In this document: in pieces, positions 38,201 through 47,870 of the stretch
Layout: each line of letters begins with the position of its first letter
Position numbering within the stretch: the first letter of the stretch is position 1
Source: an uncultured virus (IMG/VR IMGVR_UViG_3300042328_000542)
Taxonomy: Duplodnaviria > Heunggongvirae > Uroviricota > Caudoviricetes
IMG/VR virus record: IMGVR_UViG_3300042328_000542
DNA length: 64,000 nucleotides
Direction: 5' to 3' (one strand)
Notes under the pieces: model-generated
Told to the model about the DNA's origin: nothing
Database searches by the model: none
What the model saw: only the letters and a program-made list of their open reading frames with translations
Position numbers and translations under genes: made by a program

Positions 38201-39221
38201 CTTTACTAATACCAATATTGTATTTTAGTGGATCACTATTAGTCGCTGGTGTTAACTTGAATGGATTTACAATATAATCTCCATTAGTATCAAATGTTCG
38301 CTTTGCAAAATAATCATCAATTGTGGAGTATACTGTAGAATCCACTTGTTTTAATACTGAGCCATTATTAATTCTAAGCAATTCGATAAAGCCATCGTCA
38401 TTACCTAAAGATAGTGGTAATGATGTTAGTGTTAATCTGATGATATATCTATCTGCACCTGGTGCTTGATAATTTGATGATCCTATAGCGGGATCCAATA
38501 ATGATGGATCATCAATATAATCGTTTATAGTTTCAGTGATTTGCAATCCAACGCGATATGATGGAGTATTACCATATTTATTTAAAATTATGGTTTGTTG
38601 TAACACATTTACAAAATTACCAATTGAGTATTTTGAATATGAGCCATCTCCATTAGGAACAGTTGATAGATTATATCCGTGAACAACATAAAACACGCCA
38701 GGAGAAATTGATGCTACAGAACTTGGACCACTACAAGTTGAACCACCAGTTGACCCAATTGTAGTTGCTACAAAATTAGATCCATCTGTTGGGAAAATAT
38801 CCATATTATCTGAAAATTTAATTCCAGATAAATATGAAACGATTAATGTTGGTGGATCACCAGCTGTTGTATCAACATCAGTAGCTTCTGTTGTTGCGAT
38901 TACTTTAGCTAAGATAGTTCCAGTTGAATCTGTAATTAATCTATTTTCAAAATCAGATGCTACTATAGATACACCTTGATATGTTGAATTTAATTTAATG
39001 TAACTGCATGTAAAATTGGTAGTAATCTTACCACCTGATACTGGAGTATTTTGTGAGAAGATACTAGAGGCAAATTTTGAAATTTGATCTTGTAAAATAG
39101 TTTGAGATTGTGTCAACTCTCTAGCCTGAACAGCTTTACCCGGTTTAAATAAAATTCTATGGAAATTTTTATTCGGGTCGAAATCGTCAAAATATGGACT
39201 TGTTGAGACATTAATTGCCAT
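32211..39221 (-). CDS. Large virion structural/baseplate protein (DUF4815/VrlC-like)
   Basis: N-terminal SPYFDDFD..KNFHRILFKPG.AVQARELTQ.Q.ILQ.QI, APGADR, RFKNGILVDDF, DPVAQSF. Confidence 0.85.
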   Translation of the reverse strand: MAINVSTSPYFDDFDPNKNFHRILFKPGKAVQARELTQSQTILQDQISKFASSIFSQNTPVSGGKITTNFTCSYIKLNSTYQGVSIVASDFENRLITDSTGTILAKVIATTEATDVDTTAGDPPTLIVSYLSGIKFSDNMDIFPTDGSNFVATTIGSTGGSTCSGPSSVASISPGVFYVVHGYNLSTVPNGDGSYSKYSIGNFVNVLQQTIILNKYGNTPSYRVGLQITETINDYIDDPSLLDPAIGSSNYQAPGADRYIIRLTLTSLPLSLGNDDGFIELLRINNGSVLKQVDSTVYSTIDDYFAKRTFDTNGDYIVNPFKLTPATNSDPLKYNIGISKGIAYVRGYRLENQSTIDLIGNRARTYNSLQNNNISIDYGNFLYVDNLLGSSTNFFDYALMQSVDFHSVPRANVVSTNVNTYNSTLVATGRIRNLDFDYFTDTAANTASYVYKAAVCDIQTKTLTSNVSSATTNTITFYDTTSKFSTKNDAYVGVTLSIDSGTSLGDRRVITAYNGSTKTATVDQAFSTTPTVSSNFTLRFDISDIELMAAANATYGLVSSANISNVGKTGSIATGDTVLQDAGYPELLFRVGNPYVKTITDVSFDAKNYFRNQTFATVSGGVQCQIQFDTLDINVLNFQGRTGTPLSASEVLQYYTIVVKNKGSNSGLTNGQILNFTSAGRTITVSNDKNTLTLFASDLSATTTFTVDVIAKVSVSDTLDNGHILRSKSLITTNTSVASNTNGTVVNTNTYVDLTNAQVYITNAGLVTSGLNQSLYISDVKRIVKIIDTGAPGTLPTVGMISSSQYDVTPYFDFSTGQTDNYYDHASIKLRAGAPKIKGNLLVLLDYYSHSGGDAYFDIHSYVNSASPEDYAEIPSYVATNGTIYSLRDCLDFRPSRINAISTFTFRVTSPESVEAGIYIPDNLSTFISDYSYYLPRKDLIVLSKDRNFQLIEGIASDNPTYPAQPDGSLLIAKLNLDAYTAYIPGEAPLGLLPNLSVEPTQHKRWTMQDISDLQTRVNNLEYYTALSMLEQKASSTQVPDVNGLNRFKNGILVDDFSSFSTADTANREFSASINKRTRQLTAAQTVDNFTLQNPSVLNSLGNLASTSGFKVSTVNKTTNIFTLPYTTANVITQQLASNTVNLNPFATNDSEGVLELYPPMDNWVDNSKAPDLLIVDPSLQILQQSDTVNVLSVGDWKAVPGTGLQTKVSTTTTRQNSGRWNYFTDTTTTQTYGTLGQTNTLGYYQQINNTYDINNNYITDVSILPYIRSQEVLIKASRLLVNTPITVTFDGVNANQYIKNCDTIELTNVSGTFNTGDIIGYTDNNVFYRVATVSGVYKYPNLPNKVRLYVAGNFNSVYYNSQNLSNPVLQSALYDENGAIVSHPASGTTSSSKLIDVHVSGQVPAVGGTFTDVLGSSVRFYRIAYTAFGNFVNKYAIWGDSRGYGSVLAKCNTAFTVTSGGTHYMRYATSSVATGYIKINGNYVVGSNSSISATYASDVTITLNTGKNYIEFFETPSNINAWGYLAFAISTQPWSGNYNKSRTNGTIVYDSSSLNGDTTPLNAGTEVQLPGGGLYYVGATQISLSNLAKSTDNYYNGCTINVTTTYVSRDVLTGATSTRKETFSSVISSYTALGRTAVLATPINVSIGQNDLTKTDITSTYSITGTHANYPLGIQSGGISKLSTDENGNFVAIFDIPAATFKTGDRILQIDNRTTPLDPDSATSVAYATFTASGLSTKSQSLSFGASIAGAKNTFTQTNYKSNQLISTTQTQVIRAIWDPVAQSFLVQKDNYPNGVFLDSIDVFFQSKPTATNDPVTLSIVPTINGYPGGETLDNSIVTLTADKIKTSSTPHYLDPATKTTFKFSAPVYIQPGVLHAFILRSPSDQYNIYHASQNAIALPSSVKANYTDPTPTTLTKIGGVPGIGGMFESQNGMTWTAEQSKTLMMVINRCVFNTSVNPTIPFVIPTGLPYRKSSSGDIRYLQDPTNVSAISNQIAGVDVEAHAFNITTTDFTPTNTGIVYSYNATLKNGNIETGLTAVTPGKFACPTPEDIYLSDGRGERILLANSSNSFLVNVTLSSSDNTVSPMVADDGLTLFNTQWNINNLELSNNQIRLISGGTGYNTGTPNANVVISSPDVAGGSQALASANVVNGIIQSIYLTNSGSGYLSAPTITITGANTTPASASMVSEFSPVGGNATCKYFTKKVVMAAGNDSQDLRVFYTAYKPSGTNIYVFYKVLNSNDTTKFDDNGWQLMTTIGQNKNIYSATRNDVYEFEAAPGTVGLADNYLTYTNVNGQTYDSFIQFAIKVVMTTNDKTAVPIISELRALALPSGTGI

Positions 39222-39233
39222 TTATATTTTCCT

Positions 39234-40601
39234 TTAGTAACCTAATACAATTTTAAATTGTTCAATGCCATCAGAGCTTCGTTGAATGCTATCTCTATTT
39301 TCTATATACGCAACATAACCAGATAATGAGATGAAATCTGGTGTGCTATAACTCATTAAAGTTCGTGATGTTCCAGATGATTGTCCTACTACAAGACTAC
39401 TTGTAGTTAGAGTTCCTGTAGTATTTAGTATTTTTAAAATATTGGTTGAAGTATCAAAACTTAATACTGTTCCACTAAATGTTGGATTATCAGCTGAACC
39501 TTGATACACAATTTCATCTAATGTATAATTACCAAAACCACCTGCTAATACTAAATCGGTTGTGGTTTTATAGATATTTTTTTGTGCTATATTAGGACTA
39601 GAACTTAATGTGGTTGGATTTATTAGAATACCTAATTGATGATAATCAATATCGGTAGGAATCATATTAACACCACTCGAATCTTGTTCTGATCCATTGA
39701 ATGTTGATGTAATCATAATATGGCTACATCCTAATTCACTCATAGGATCTGCTCCATGTCCACCTATAGGTGAAATAGGGACTTCTAAAATTGCACCGCT
39801 ACCGCTAGTTGTCGTGATAGATATATTAGCATATGTATAATTTGAGCCTTTAGAATTCATTATAATATTGGTGATCGCACCTCCACTAGTGACAGCCGTT
39901 GCAGTTGCTCCTGTACCATCTCCAGTTATTTTTAATGTGATTGGCGCAGTTGATTGGTTATATCCAGATCCGCCATCCAACACATTTATCACATCAATGC
40001 TACCATATCCAGATGAAATATTACTATCACTAATTGGATTTAATGGATTAATTTTAACTGGAACGGGTAACCATTCAGAATCCATAAAATTATATTTAGC
40101 AGCTAAATCTACCGTATAGATATATTTCCATTTATAACCATCGCTTCCGGTGAAAATATTATTTGTGTCATATGATCCTGGCTGAAAGTATGGCTCATCT
40201 ATAGACGTAGATCCGTTATTATTCCACAAACATTTAAACACTTGATCATATTTGTTTTTCACATAAAAATTATACACAAGTGGTGTAGTTGCGAATAAAT
40301 CTATGGTATCAGAGTAGTAATCATAAACTGTATTGTCTTCCCAATTAATGCGTTTAATGACCGGAGAAATTTCTGAGGACTTTATATTCTTAACTACAAA
40401 AATATTTTTCATTATTCTCTTTAGTGCTGATACATCTTGTGTGGGATCTGGTGGTGTATCACTACTCCATGGATCAACTTTTGATAAAAAGCAATATATT
40501 GAAGAGATTCTATTTCCACTAGCTAATGCTACAGGAGAATAATACATTTGTTGTATTGCAAGATATTTTAAACCTGCTGTTAGTAGTGTTTTGTTAGCCA
40601 T
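39234..40601 (-). CDS. 8: Baseplate wedge gp8
   Basis: VI.RINW....YD.Y, FYV.N...VFKCL.NN, DGYKWKY.Y, P.GGHG.DP..ELG, YIENR..I.R. Confidence 0.88.
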   Translation of the reverse strand: MANKTLLTAGLKYLAIQQMYYSPVALASGNRISSIYCFLSKVDPWSSDTPPDPTQDVSALKRIMKNIFVVKNIKSSEISPVIKRINWEDNTVYDYYSDTIDLFATTPLVYNFYVKNKYDQVFKCLWNNNGSTSIDEPYFQPGSYDTNNIFTGSDGYKWKYIYTVDLAAKYNFMDSEWLPVPVKINPLNPISDSNISSGYGSIDVINVLDGGSGYNQSTAPITLKITGDGTGATATAVTSGGAITNIIMNSKGSNYTYANISITTTSGSGAILEVPISPIGGHGADPMSELGCSHIMITSTFNGSEQDSSGVNMIPTDIDYHQLGILINPTTLSSSPNIAQKNIYKTTTDLVLAGGFGNYTLDEIVYQGSADNPTFSGTVLSFDTSTNILKILNTTGTLTTSSLVVGQSSGTSRTLMSYSTPDFISLSGYVAYIENRDSIQRSSDGIEQFKIVLGY

Positions 40602-40607
40602 AAATTA

Positions 40608-42194
40608 TTAACCGTAAGTGATTGATACAAATGTGTTAGCTAAATCTGTTCCAGAACAATAATATTTTAAATAAATAACAGTTGGCACGTTTACGTTAAA
40701 TGATGTTCCTGGTTTAGTTGCTTTAGCAGCAAGACAGCCGTGTGTGATTGCATCATTGTTGTTACCGTAGTGTGTTAACCAAACATCAACAATCTTTCCT
40801 TTTTGAAATCCGCTCAAAGATAGTGTTAATGCAGAGTTGCAGCGTAACTCATATACAGAATTGTTTGCTACATCCAAATTATATGTCGATACATTACTAC
40901 TTACAGTATTAGGAGTATAAATGAAACCTTTTTGTGCATACACGATGCCTGAAAATGTTGCCGATTCCGCATTAAATGATGCTATATTATTTAATGTATT
41001 TGAATTTGTAGCAGTATTCCAAAACTGTATTTGTGAACCTTTTGCGGTATCTGTGTAATTTTGTGTTGCAACAAAATCGATCCTGGCAACACCGGTTGGA
41101 GTAAATCCAGTGGAACCCCATCCGTTGCCAGAAATCCTCATTAAAACGTCATTATTCGCAGTAGAACTTGGAGCAGTTACTGTACCTCTAGCAGTTCTAC
41201 CAGCAATTAGACCGTATGTATTTACACCAAAAGAATCGATCACTACACGAGATGGTATATTAGGTTTACCTGTTATATGTAACATATAACCATCATTCGA
41301 TGGTGTTTGAACTAAATTGTTTGCTGTAATTTTAACAGCGGATTCTGTTGCTGTGAATATTGTATTTGAAATGTTAACTGTATTATTTACATTTAACTTA
41401 TTATCAACATTTAATATTCCATTAAATGTTGCACCAGATGTATTTGCTAGATAATTAGCTCTAATCCAAGCGTTGGCAGTATCGGTGTATGTTTTAGATG
41501 TAGTTAGTGTTAGCGTATCATTTGCTTGGAGGAATGTGTTAGCAGTATTAACCGCGACATTCACACTATTGGCATAATTAAATATATTTTGAGTGTGTGC
41601 AATAGTTGCAGCAGCTGTATTTTGTGTTGAGCCATCAGCGAATATAATTTTGCCGGTATCTAACAATCTTAATCCAGATTTAGATATTTCTGCGATTACA
41701 TTTGATGATTTTGTTCCACCAGCGATAAATGAAATGTTAGCATTAGCTGATGCTGTACCAATAACTAAGTTTCCAGATGTCGATGTTGTTGTTGGTCCAT
41801 TAACATACAAATATCCATCGTATGGTAGCATAGATGAGTATAGGGGATCGCTGTAATTTGAATTGTTAATTCCTAAGTCAATAAAAGAATTAGCATTAGT
41901 GCCAGTATCTGCAGTTACAATATAATCACCTGACCCTATAGCATTAAAGTTTTGGAGATTGGTTTGTAGAAATGATGTGCTATTTCCTGTAAACTGAGAT
42001 ATTGTGTTATCTAACACAATTCTATTATTACCAACAATTAATGGATTATGTGAGTATAATCCAAGTGCAAGTGTAGTTGCAGATATTTTACCAGTGATTC
42101 CAGTTGGAATTGAAACTCCAGCTAGAATTGTGTTAGCAGTATTGGAATTTAAACTTGTTATTTCATCTAGTTCTGAAATTTTAACTATAGCCAT
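40608..42194 (-). CDS. Baseplate-associated fiber-like structural protein
   Basis: MAIVKISEL N-terminus, N/T/S-rich, FADGSTQ.TA fiber motif; located between genes 7 and 8. Confidence 0.65.
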   Translation of the reverse strand: MAIVKISELDEITSLNSNTANTILAGVSIPTGITGKISATTLALGLYSHNPLIVGNNRIVLDNTISQFTGNSTSFLQTNLQNFNAIGSGDYIVTADTGTNANSFIDLGINNSNYSDPLYSSMLPYDGYLYVNGPTTTSTSGNLVIGTASANANISFIAGGTKSSNVIAEISKSGLRLLDTGKIIFADGSTQNTAAATIAHTQNIFNYANSVNVAVNTANTFLQANDTLTLTTSKTYTDTANAWIRANYLANTSGATFNGILNVDNKLNVNNTVNISNTIFTATESAVKITANNLVQTPSNDGYMLHITGKPNIPSRVVIDSFGVNTYGLIAGRTARGTVTAPSSTANNDVLMRISGNGWGSTGFTPTGVARIDFVATQNYTDTAKGSQIQFWNTATNSNTLNNIASFNAESATFSGIVYAQKGFIYTPNTVSSNVSTYNLDVANNSVYELRCNSALTLSLSGFQKGKIVDVWLTHYGNNNDAITHGCLAAKATKPGTSFNVNVPTVIYLKYYCSGTDLANTFVSITYG

Positions 42195-42202
42195 TTCTTA
42201 TC

Positions 42203-45200
42203 CTACAGAATGATTAATTTTCCATCTTCGGTAATTAGATTTCGTAAATCTTCTGTTACCAATTCAGGGAGATATTGAGTTCCTAGTGGTCCAAATAGTG
42301 TAACTTGACTTTTAGTTGATACTGTACCACCAGCATGTAATGTTCTATTTATTGAAACTATATTGTTAACTGTTTCAGTTAAATTACTTGTTAATGTGAT
42401 TATTTTATTAGTATAATCAACACTTTGGACTGTATATACAATTGAATTTGTTTTAATTCTATCACCTGAAAATATTACGTCTTCCAAATGGTTTTGTGTA
42501 TTACTATAATTACCATTGTTGATTATATCATATGTTCCAGTTAATGAATCTACATATAAAGTATCTGAGCCTATGTTACCACTCATATACGCAACGTTGG
42601 CAAATGTTAACCAAACATTATTTTTCAACGTGACTGTATTGTTAATTGTATTTACAGTGTTTATTTCAGAACGTATATCATTTCCTGTTGCAGGTTGAAT
42701 ACTGATTATAGAGTTTGGTGTGATAAAACTGCTTATATCAGAACTTGCTATGTGGTTAAACTTAACTATATTTGTGCTGTAATTAACGAAATCTGCATCC
42801 ATTGTAATATTAGATGCTATATATCCAGTGTAATCAGCCAGGTGTTTACCTTGATATAATGCACTTTGGGTGTGATAATCAAAAGCTGTGTTTGATTTTA
42901 TTAGATATTTACCCAACAACTTCATTCCAGTTGGATGTAATAGATTTAATAAAATGTCACGATATTTTTCAATTTCTTTTTCTACAACAATTTCATATGT
43001 GTAGTTGTTATATAATTCACTTTGGAGTACACTAAATGAACTAGGTTGACCTTGAGTTGATAGATATTCACCTTGACCAATTGTTAATCCGTTTAAAAAT
43101 GCTGCAGTAGCTCTAGCTGTACCATCGCCATATGATTTTACACCATTAATATTATATTCAGGACTTCCTGGATAAAAACTATCAGCACTATACGCAGAAT
43201 TTGCCATAGTAATAGATATAAACTCATTATCTAAAACTTTTAATTTTAATTTAGGATTAGGAAGAGTTGAATAATTAAATACTCTTAAATTATATAGAGA
43301 TTTTGTTGGATCAACATCACTTGTTAGTTTTGATACAGTGTCAACATGTGCAATATAGCTTGCAGTGTTTACAGTCGAACCTTGATAAATGATATCATTT
43401 TTCTCTGGCAAATTGGTTATAGCAACATTCGATACTACGATATCTTGAACTTTTAATGATATATTAGGTGTAGTAATATAATCTTCGCCGTAATTTAAAA
43501 CGTTAATTGTTGTTACAGAACCAACTCTATCTATAGTAGGCGAGAATGTAGCACCGTATCCTAATATACCAGGTACAACAACACTTGCACCAGTTGCAGA
43601 TACGTTTGATGATTGTACTGTTACGCTAGGCAACATATCTGGAGTATATCCCATTCCACCTAATGAATATGTGATCGCTGAAGTTTGATACACATAATCG
43701 ATTGCTGTAATACCACCAGTTGCATTAACTGCTGTAACATTAGCAGCTGCTCCATATCCACTACCACCACTGAAAATTATTTTATCATTGACTACATATC
43801 CTATGCCAGGATTTACAATTTGAATTGGAGCAAGAATACCTAAATTTGATAATTTCCCTTGAATATTTTGACCTAATGTGTTAGCTACGTCATTAGGATC
43901 ATAAACATCAGTTATGTATGTAGATTCTGCAGATATTGCTGGTAGTGATGAAATATCCCCGCCACCATTTTGAACGATAACTGATGAGATCGAATATGTG
44001 GAAAAAGCATCAAAAGAAAATGCATCGCTTAATTTAGTTTTTATATTGGCGGTAGGCATTTTTTCAAAATAATAACTAACCGGATTAGTTGTGTTACCTA
44101 ATAAAAATCCACCTTGATGTCCAGAATGTACTTCATTTGTTTTTAGTGAAATTGTATCTGTTACAATATATGTTGCATTAGCTAGACCATTACCTGCAGT
44201 TGATGATATTTTGATGGAAGCATTTTCAGCTGTAATATTTTTTGATATTACATTAGCTGTGATACCAAAAATAGTATTAACATCAATACCCGGTCTATAT
44301 GTAATTTGAGTGATTGCGCCTGATTCCGATACAGCTGTAACATCAGCAAATGTAAAATATGAACTTGTATTGCCAACTACAACTTGATCGTTAATAGTAT
44401 ATCCAGTACCAGCGTTAGTGATAATATATGATGGTGGTAAAGTTGACACAACACTAGCAACATCAGCAATTGCTCCTGGTGCATTTTTTATAATAATATT
44501 AGTATTTGGATATAACGTGTATCCAAATCCACCATTTGTCACATTAATATTTTGGATAGAACCTGTTGTTGTTTTTCCTACTTCTGCTGTTGCGCCTATT
44601 GGATTTACAGTTGTTTCATTTAATCCATCATAAACTATAACTGGATCACCAGGTTTATATAGTAGTCCACGATTTTTTGGATTAATATTAATTTGGCTAA
44701 TCTGACCAACTAATTTAGCTCTTAGTGGATTACCATTTATCAGAACATCTTGATTATTACCATATAAAATTCTTACTATTTCTCCAGATTGGAATAATCG
44801 TTCAATGTTAGAAATGAAAATTTCAGTTTTATTTCCAGCCAAAACGCTATTTTCTATAATAGCAAACGATTTAGATGTTTCGCCAAATATTTTTAAATTT
44901 TGAATATCTAAGAAATTAGGATCTGTAGTTGCTAATTTTAAACTTTGAGGAACATACCAAATACCATCTGATGCTCGTAACACTGCATCTTTAGTTGCAA
45001 AAACATCAAAATCTGAGTTGAATAATACACGAAATAAGAATTTATATGATGATAAAGTTCCTTTTGATTTGTATAATTCTCGTGCAATTTTTACTGCTAA
45101 CGATTTATCAACTAACGCATCTTCTGGAAAATGTTGCAGAAAATCATTAGTAAAATATTTAATAAAATCATTAGAGGTGTTATCAATATCAATATAATTT

Positions 45201-45358
45201 AATATATTTTTAGTGCCGTTTAATGCTCCACCATTTTGCTCCATCCATTCATAATATGCTTGTAGAAACAATACAAAATTATTGTATGTTGGATCACTTT
45301 TAATATATTCTGGTAATTGAGATTGTATTAATAGTGATAAATTTTGACTATTATTCAT
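42203..45358 (-). CDS. 7: Baseplate wedge initiator gp7-like
   Basis: QLPEYI....F..FL.AYYEWME, LYKSKGT..S..FLFR.LF, LRASDG.W, Y.NY.Y.I, LLHPTG. Confidence 0.82.
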   Translation of the reverse strand: MNNSQNLSLLIQSQLPEYIKSDPTYNNFVLFLQAYYEWMEQNGGALNGTKNILNYIDIDNTSNDFIKYFTNDFLQHFPEDALVDKSLAVKIARELYKSKGTLSSYKFLFRVLFNSDFDVFATKDAVLRASDGIWYVPQSLKLATTDPNFLDIQNLKIFGETSKSFAIIENSVLAGNKTEIFISNIERLFQSGEIVRILYGNNQDVLINGNPLRAKLVGQISQININPKNRGLLYKPGDPVIVYDGLNETTVNPIGATAEVGKTTTGSIQNINVTNGGFGYTLYPNTNIIIKNAPGAIADVASVVSTLPPSYIITNAGTGYTINDQVVVGNTSSYFTFADVTAVSESGAITQITYRPGIDVNTIFGITANVISKNITAENASIKISSTAGNGLANATYIVTDTISLKTNEVHSGHQGGFLLGNTTNPVSYYFEKMPTANIKTKLSDAFSFDAFSTYSISSVIVQNGGGDISSLPAISAESTYITDVYDPNDVANTLGQNIQGKLSNLGILAPIQIVNPGIGYVVNDKIIFSGGSGYGAAANVTAVNATGGITAIDYVYQTSAITYSLGGMGYTPDMLPSVTVQSSNVSATGASVVVPGILGYGATFSPTIDRVGSVTTINVLNYGEDYITTPNISLKVQDIVVSNVAITNLPEKNDIIYQGSTVNTASYIAHVDTVSKLTSDVDPTKSLYNLRVFNYSTLPNPKLKLKVLDNEFISITMANSAYSADSFYPGSPEYNINGVKSYGDGTARATAAFLNGLTIGQGEYLSTQGQPSSFSVLQSELYNNYTYEIVVEKEIEKYRDILLNLLHPTGMKLLGKYLIKSNTAFDYHTQSALYQGKHLADYTGYIASNITMDADFVNYSTNIVKFNHIASSDISSFITPNSIISIQPATGNDIRSEINTVNTINNTVTLKNNVWLTFANVAYMSGNIGSDTLYVDSLTGTYDIINNGNYSNTQNHLEDVIFSGDRIKTNSIVYTVQSVDYTNKIITLTSNLTETVNNIVSINRTLHAGGTVSTKSQVTLFGPLGTQYLPELVTEDLRNLITEDGKLIIL

Positions 45359-45361
45359 CGA

Positions 45362-47443
45362 TTATCCTTTAGCAATAACATTAACAGTAATTGCATTTTG
45401 ATCAAATGGATCTAAAGTTATAATTGAATTGTATGTTGACGAGAAAATAGTAGATTCCGGTTTAACAATTATTGTCAATTGTCCTAACGGATCATCTACA
45501 GAAACAGGATTAAAGCTATCTAAAGATACGATGCCAGAAGTGTAATCGATTGTGCCAACTGATGTTGAGTAAATTGTTTTACCATTTACTGTGTTGTTGT
45601 AATATAATCGTAGTGTTCCATATCTACCCTCTAACTGAGCAACGCCTACTGCCAGTTTACCTGTAGTATCGTTAGCAGCTGGAGTGATAGTTACAACAGC
45701 ACTAGTATACCCAGAACCTTTGGTTAAAACATCGATAGATTTTATAGATCCGGTTGATGATAAGACAGCAACAGCAGTTGCACCCGTACCATCTCCGGTT
45801 ATAGTAACAGTTGGCGCACTTTGATATCCAAAACCAGGATTTAGAATCGCAATAGATTCAACACCAACAGTTTCGGATGGAACTTCTTCAATTGAGATTC
45901 CATCAATTAATGTAGATAAATTAATCTTATCTCTAAATTGTAGACCAGGATAACTACTTACGCCATCGGAAAACAATCCTTTCTGGAGTGGTGTTCTATA
46001 ATAAAATTTATAAGATGTTGGAACAGATAAAATTGGATAAAATTTCTTTTGTAATTTAACAGATACTTCATTTGTTATAATAGATGGATCTGCATTTTTT
46101 ATTATAGAATTTAATTCAGAAACCATAAACGTTGAATTAAATGTGTTGAGTGTAGAATCTCCAAATGCTTGAACTAGAGTTTTAACAGCAGTTTGTATTT
46201 GTTGTGCTGTTAGTGTTGTTAGTTTAGGATTGTACAACACATCAATATCTAATTTAACATATGTGTAATCTGGATCAACAATCGTTGGTTGAACAGTCAT
46301 CACGCTGATGGGTTTAATAACTTCTGTTACCAATCTAGTTTTTTGAGTATCAGTTAAAACGTATCCACCAGTGGGTTTCATACAAACGAATACTTGACCG
46401 TATACTGGAGAATCATTTTCTTCACCTCCCCAGACGTTAACAGCATCAAATGAGTATCCGAATTTATTTTGTTGTATTGCTGTAATATAATCTTCTTTTG
46501 TTACAGCTCGACCTTGAGCTGAAAATGCTTTTGGTGCCTGATATTTGATAGAATCGATAGTTTCTCGTTCTATACCCCCAGTTGCTGCGATTGTGCTTGT
46601 TATAACACAATTGCTATAATTTGATAAATTGTCAACTAATGTGAATTTTTTAACTCCATTGACTGCTGAAGCTTTAGTTGAGATGTATTCTACTATAACA
46701 ACATTAGATGTTATTAGTGATTTACCTAAAATTCCATCTCCAAAGTATAATTCATAATATCCATCCATAGACTCTTGAATAAAATAAACTTTTGTTGTTG
46801 GATCTAGTGTTAGATACGATTCTGCGCCATTATAAACATCGAACGCTGTCTCTTGAGCATTCTGATATACTCTAACTCTTAGTGTTGATAAATCAACACT
46901 CGAATCTGGAATTTTAAATATAGTTTTCGGATTTGTAGTTGTATCTACTGTAAATGTATAAGATAGTGGTTGACCTTGAACTAATACTACATTAGTAAAC
47001 GTAGCAGTATTGTTTGATACAGTAGCTGTTACAGAATCTTGTGTTACAAATGGATAATTTACTCCTTCAACTGATTCAGAATAAAATTTTGTGTATTTTG
47101 GAATAGTGAATGATGATGCATTTTGGACACCATTGAATACAATATTAGCTGTAGCTTTAGAGCAAATAGCAGATCTGGGAGTGTAATTCATCAATTTAGC
47201 ATGTGACACCACGGAACTACGTTTTAGTGCTGTATCTAAAAACATTTCATTACTAACCATATTTAAATAGAATGAGTTGTAATGGGTGTTATATGCTAAT
47301 ATGTCTAATACTGTAGATATGGTAGAGCCTTCAAAGTTATAATCTTTGAATTGTGGTTTATCGCTCAAATAAGACTTTAAAGAGTTTTTTATAGTATCAA
47401 AGTCTAATTCAGATATGTTAATGCTAGAATTGGCTGTTGCCAT
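45362..47443 (-). CDS. 6: Baseplate wedge gp6
   Basis: ELDFD.IK.SLK.YL, FKDYNFEGS, LAYNTHYN.FY.NM..NEMFLDTA..RSSVVSHAK, RAVT..DY. Confidence 0.95.
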   Translation of the reverse strand: MATANSSINISELDFDTIKNSLKSYLSDKPQFKDYNFEGSTISTVLDILAYNTHYNSFYLNMVSNEMFLDTALKRSSVVSHAKLMNYTPRSAICSKATANIVFNGVQNASSFTIPKYTKFYSESVEGVNYPFVTQDSVTATVSNNTATFTNVVLVQGQPLSYTFTVDTTTNPKTIFKIPDSSVDLSTLRVRVYQNAQETAFDVYNGAESYLTLDPTTKVYFIQESMDGYYELYFGDGILGKSLITSNVVIVEYISTKASAVNGVKKFTLVDNLSNYSNCVITSTIAATGGIERETIDSIKYQAPKAFSAQGRAVTKEDYITAIQQNKFGYSFDAVNVWGGEENDSPVYGQVFVCMKPTGGYVLTDTQKTRLVTEVIKPISVMTVQPTIVDPDYTYVKLDIDVLYNPKLTTLTAQQIQTAVKTLVQAFGDSTLNTFNSTFMVSELNSIIKNADPSIITNEVSVKLQKKFYPILSVPTSYKFYYRTPLQKGLFSDGVSSYPGLQFRDKINLSTLIDGISIEEVPSETVGVESIAILNPGFGYQSAPTVTITGDGTGATAVAVLSSTGSIKSIDVLTKGSGYTSAVVTITPAANDTTGKLAVGVAQLEGRYGTLRLYYNNTVNGKTIYSTSVGTIDYTSGIVSLDSFNPVSVDDPLGQLTIIVKPESTIFSSTYNSIITLDPFDQNAITVNVIAKG

Positions 47444-47471
47444 TTACTCCCCCTACAAATATATTTCTAAT

Positions 47472-47479
47472 TATTTATA
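47472..47479 (-). promoter_or_regulatory. Late promoter TATAAATA upstream of gene 6
   Basis: Exact motif. Confidence 0.65.
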
Positions 47480-47483
47480 ATAT

Positions 47484-47870
47484 TTATCGTAAACGATATA
47501 ATAAAAATGCTACCATAAATGGTGTAACTAGATTGTCAATATAACATTGAATATTAACTGAGTATGCATTATTATCATAATCTGGTATAACAGTCAATTC
47601 TTTTATAGTTGCTCTAGGTTCATAATTTTTAATAGTGTTTGTTATCTCTTTCATTAATGTTGCAGATACAAATGGCGACAGTGGTTCAAATAATAATTTC
47701 CTAATATTAGATCCATACATTGCTTTAAACGGTTTTTCATAGTGATTGGTCATTAATAAATTCTTGATTGATCTAATAACAGCAACAGAATCTTTTACGA
47801 CCATCAAATCACCAGTGATTGGATGTGGTTTAAAAGTTAAATCCAAATCTGAATATATTGAATTATCCAT
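47484..47870 (-). CDS. 25: Baseplate wedge gp25
   Basis: YSDLDL.F..HP.TGD, A..RSIKNL..T..YE.PF, YEPRA. Confidence 0.92.
   Translation of the reverse strand: MDNSIYSDLDLTFKPHPITGDLMVVKDSVAVIRSIKNLLMTNHYEKPFKAMYGSNIRKLLFEPLSPFVSATLMKEITNTIKNYEPRATIKELTVIPDYDNNAYSVNIQCYIDNLVTPFMVAFLLYRLR

Noticed and set aside
27744..44633. Many 60-140 aa plus-strand Val/Leu/Pro-rich ORFs
   Set aside because: They are antisense shadows of the Thr/Asn/Gly-rich structural genes, produced by codon bias.
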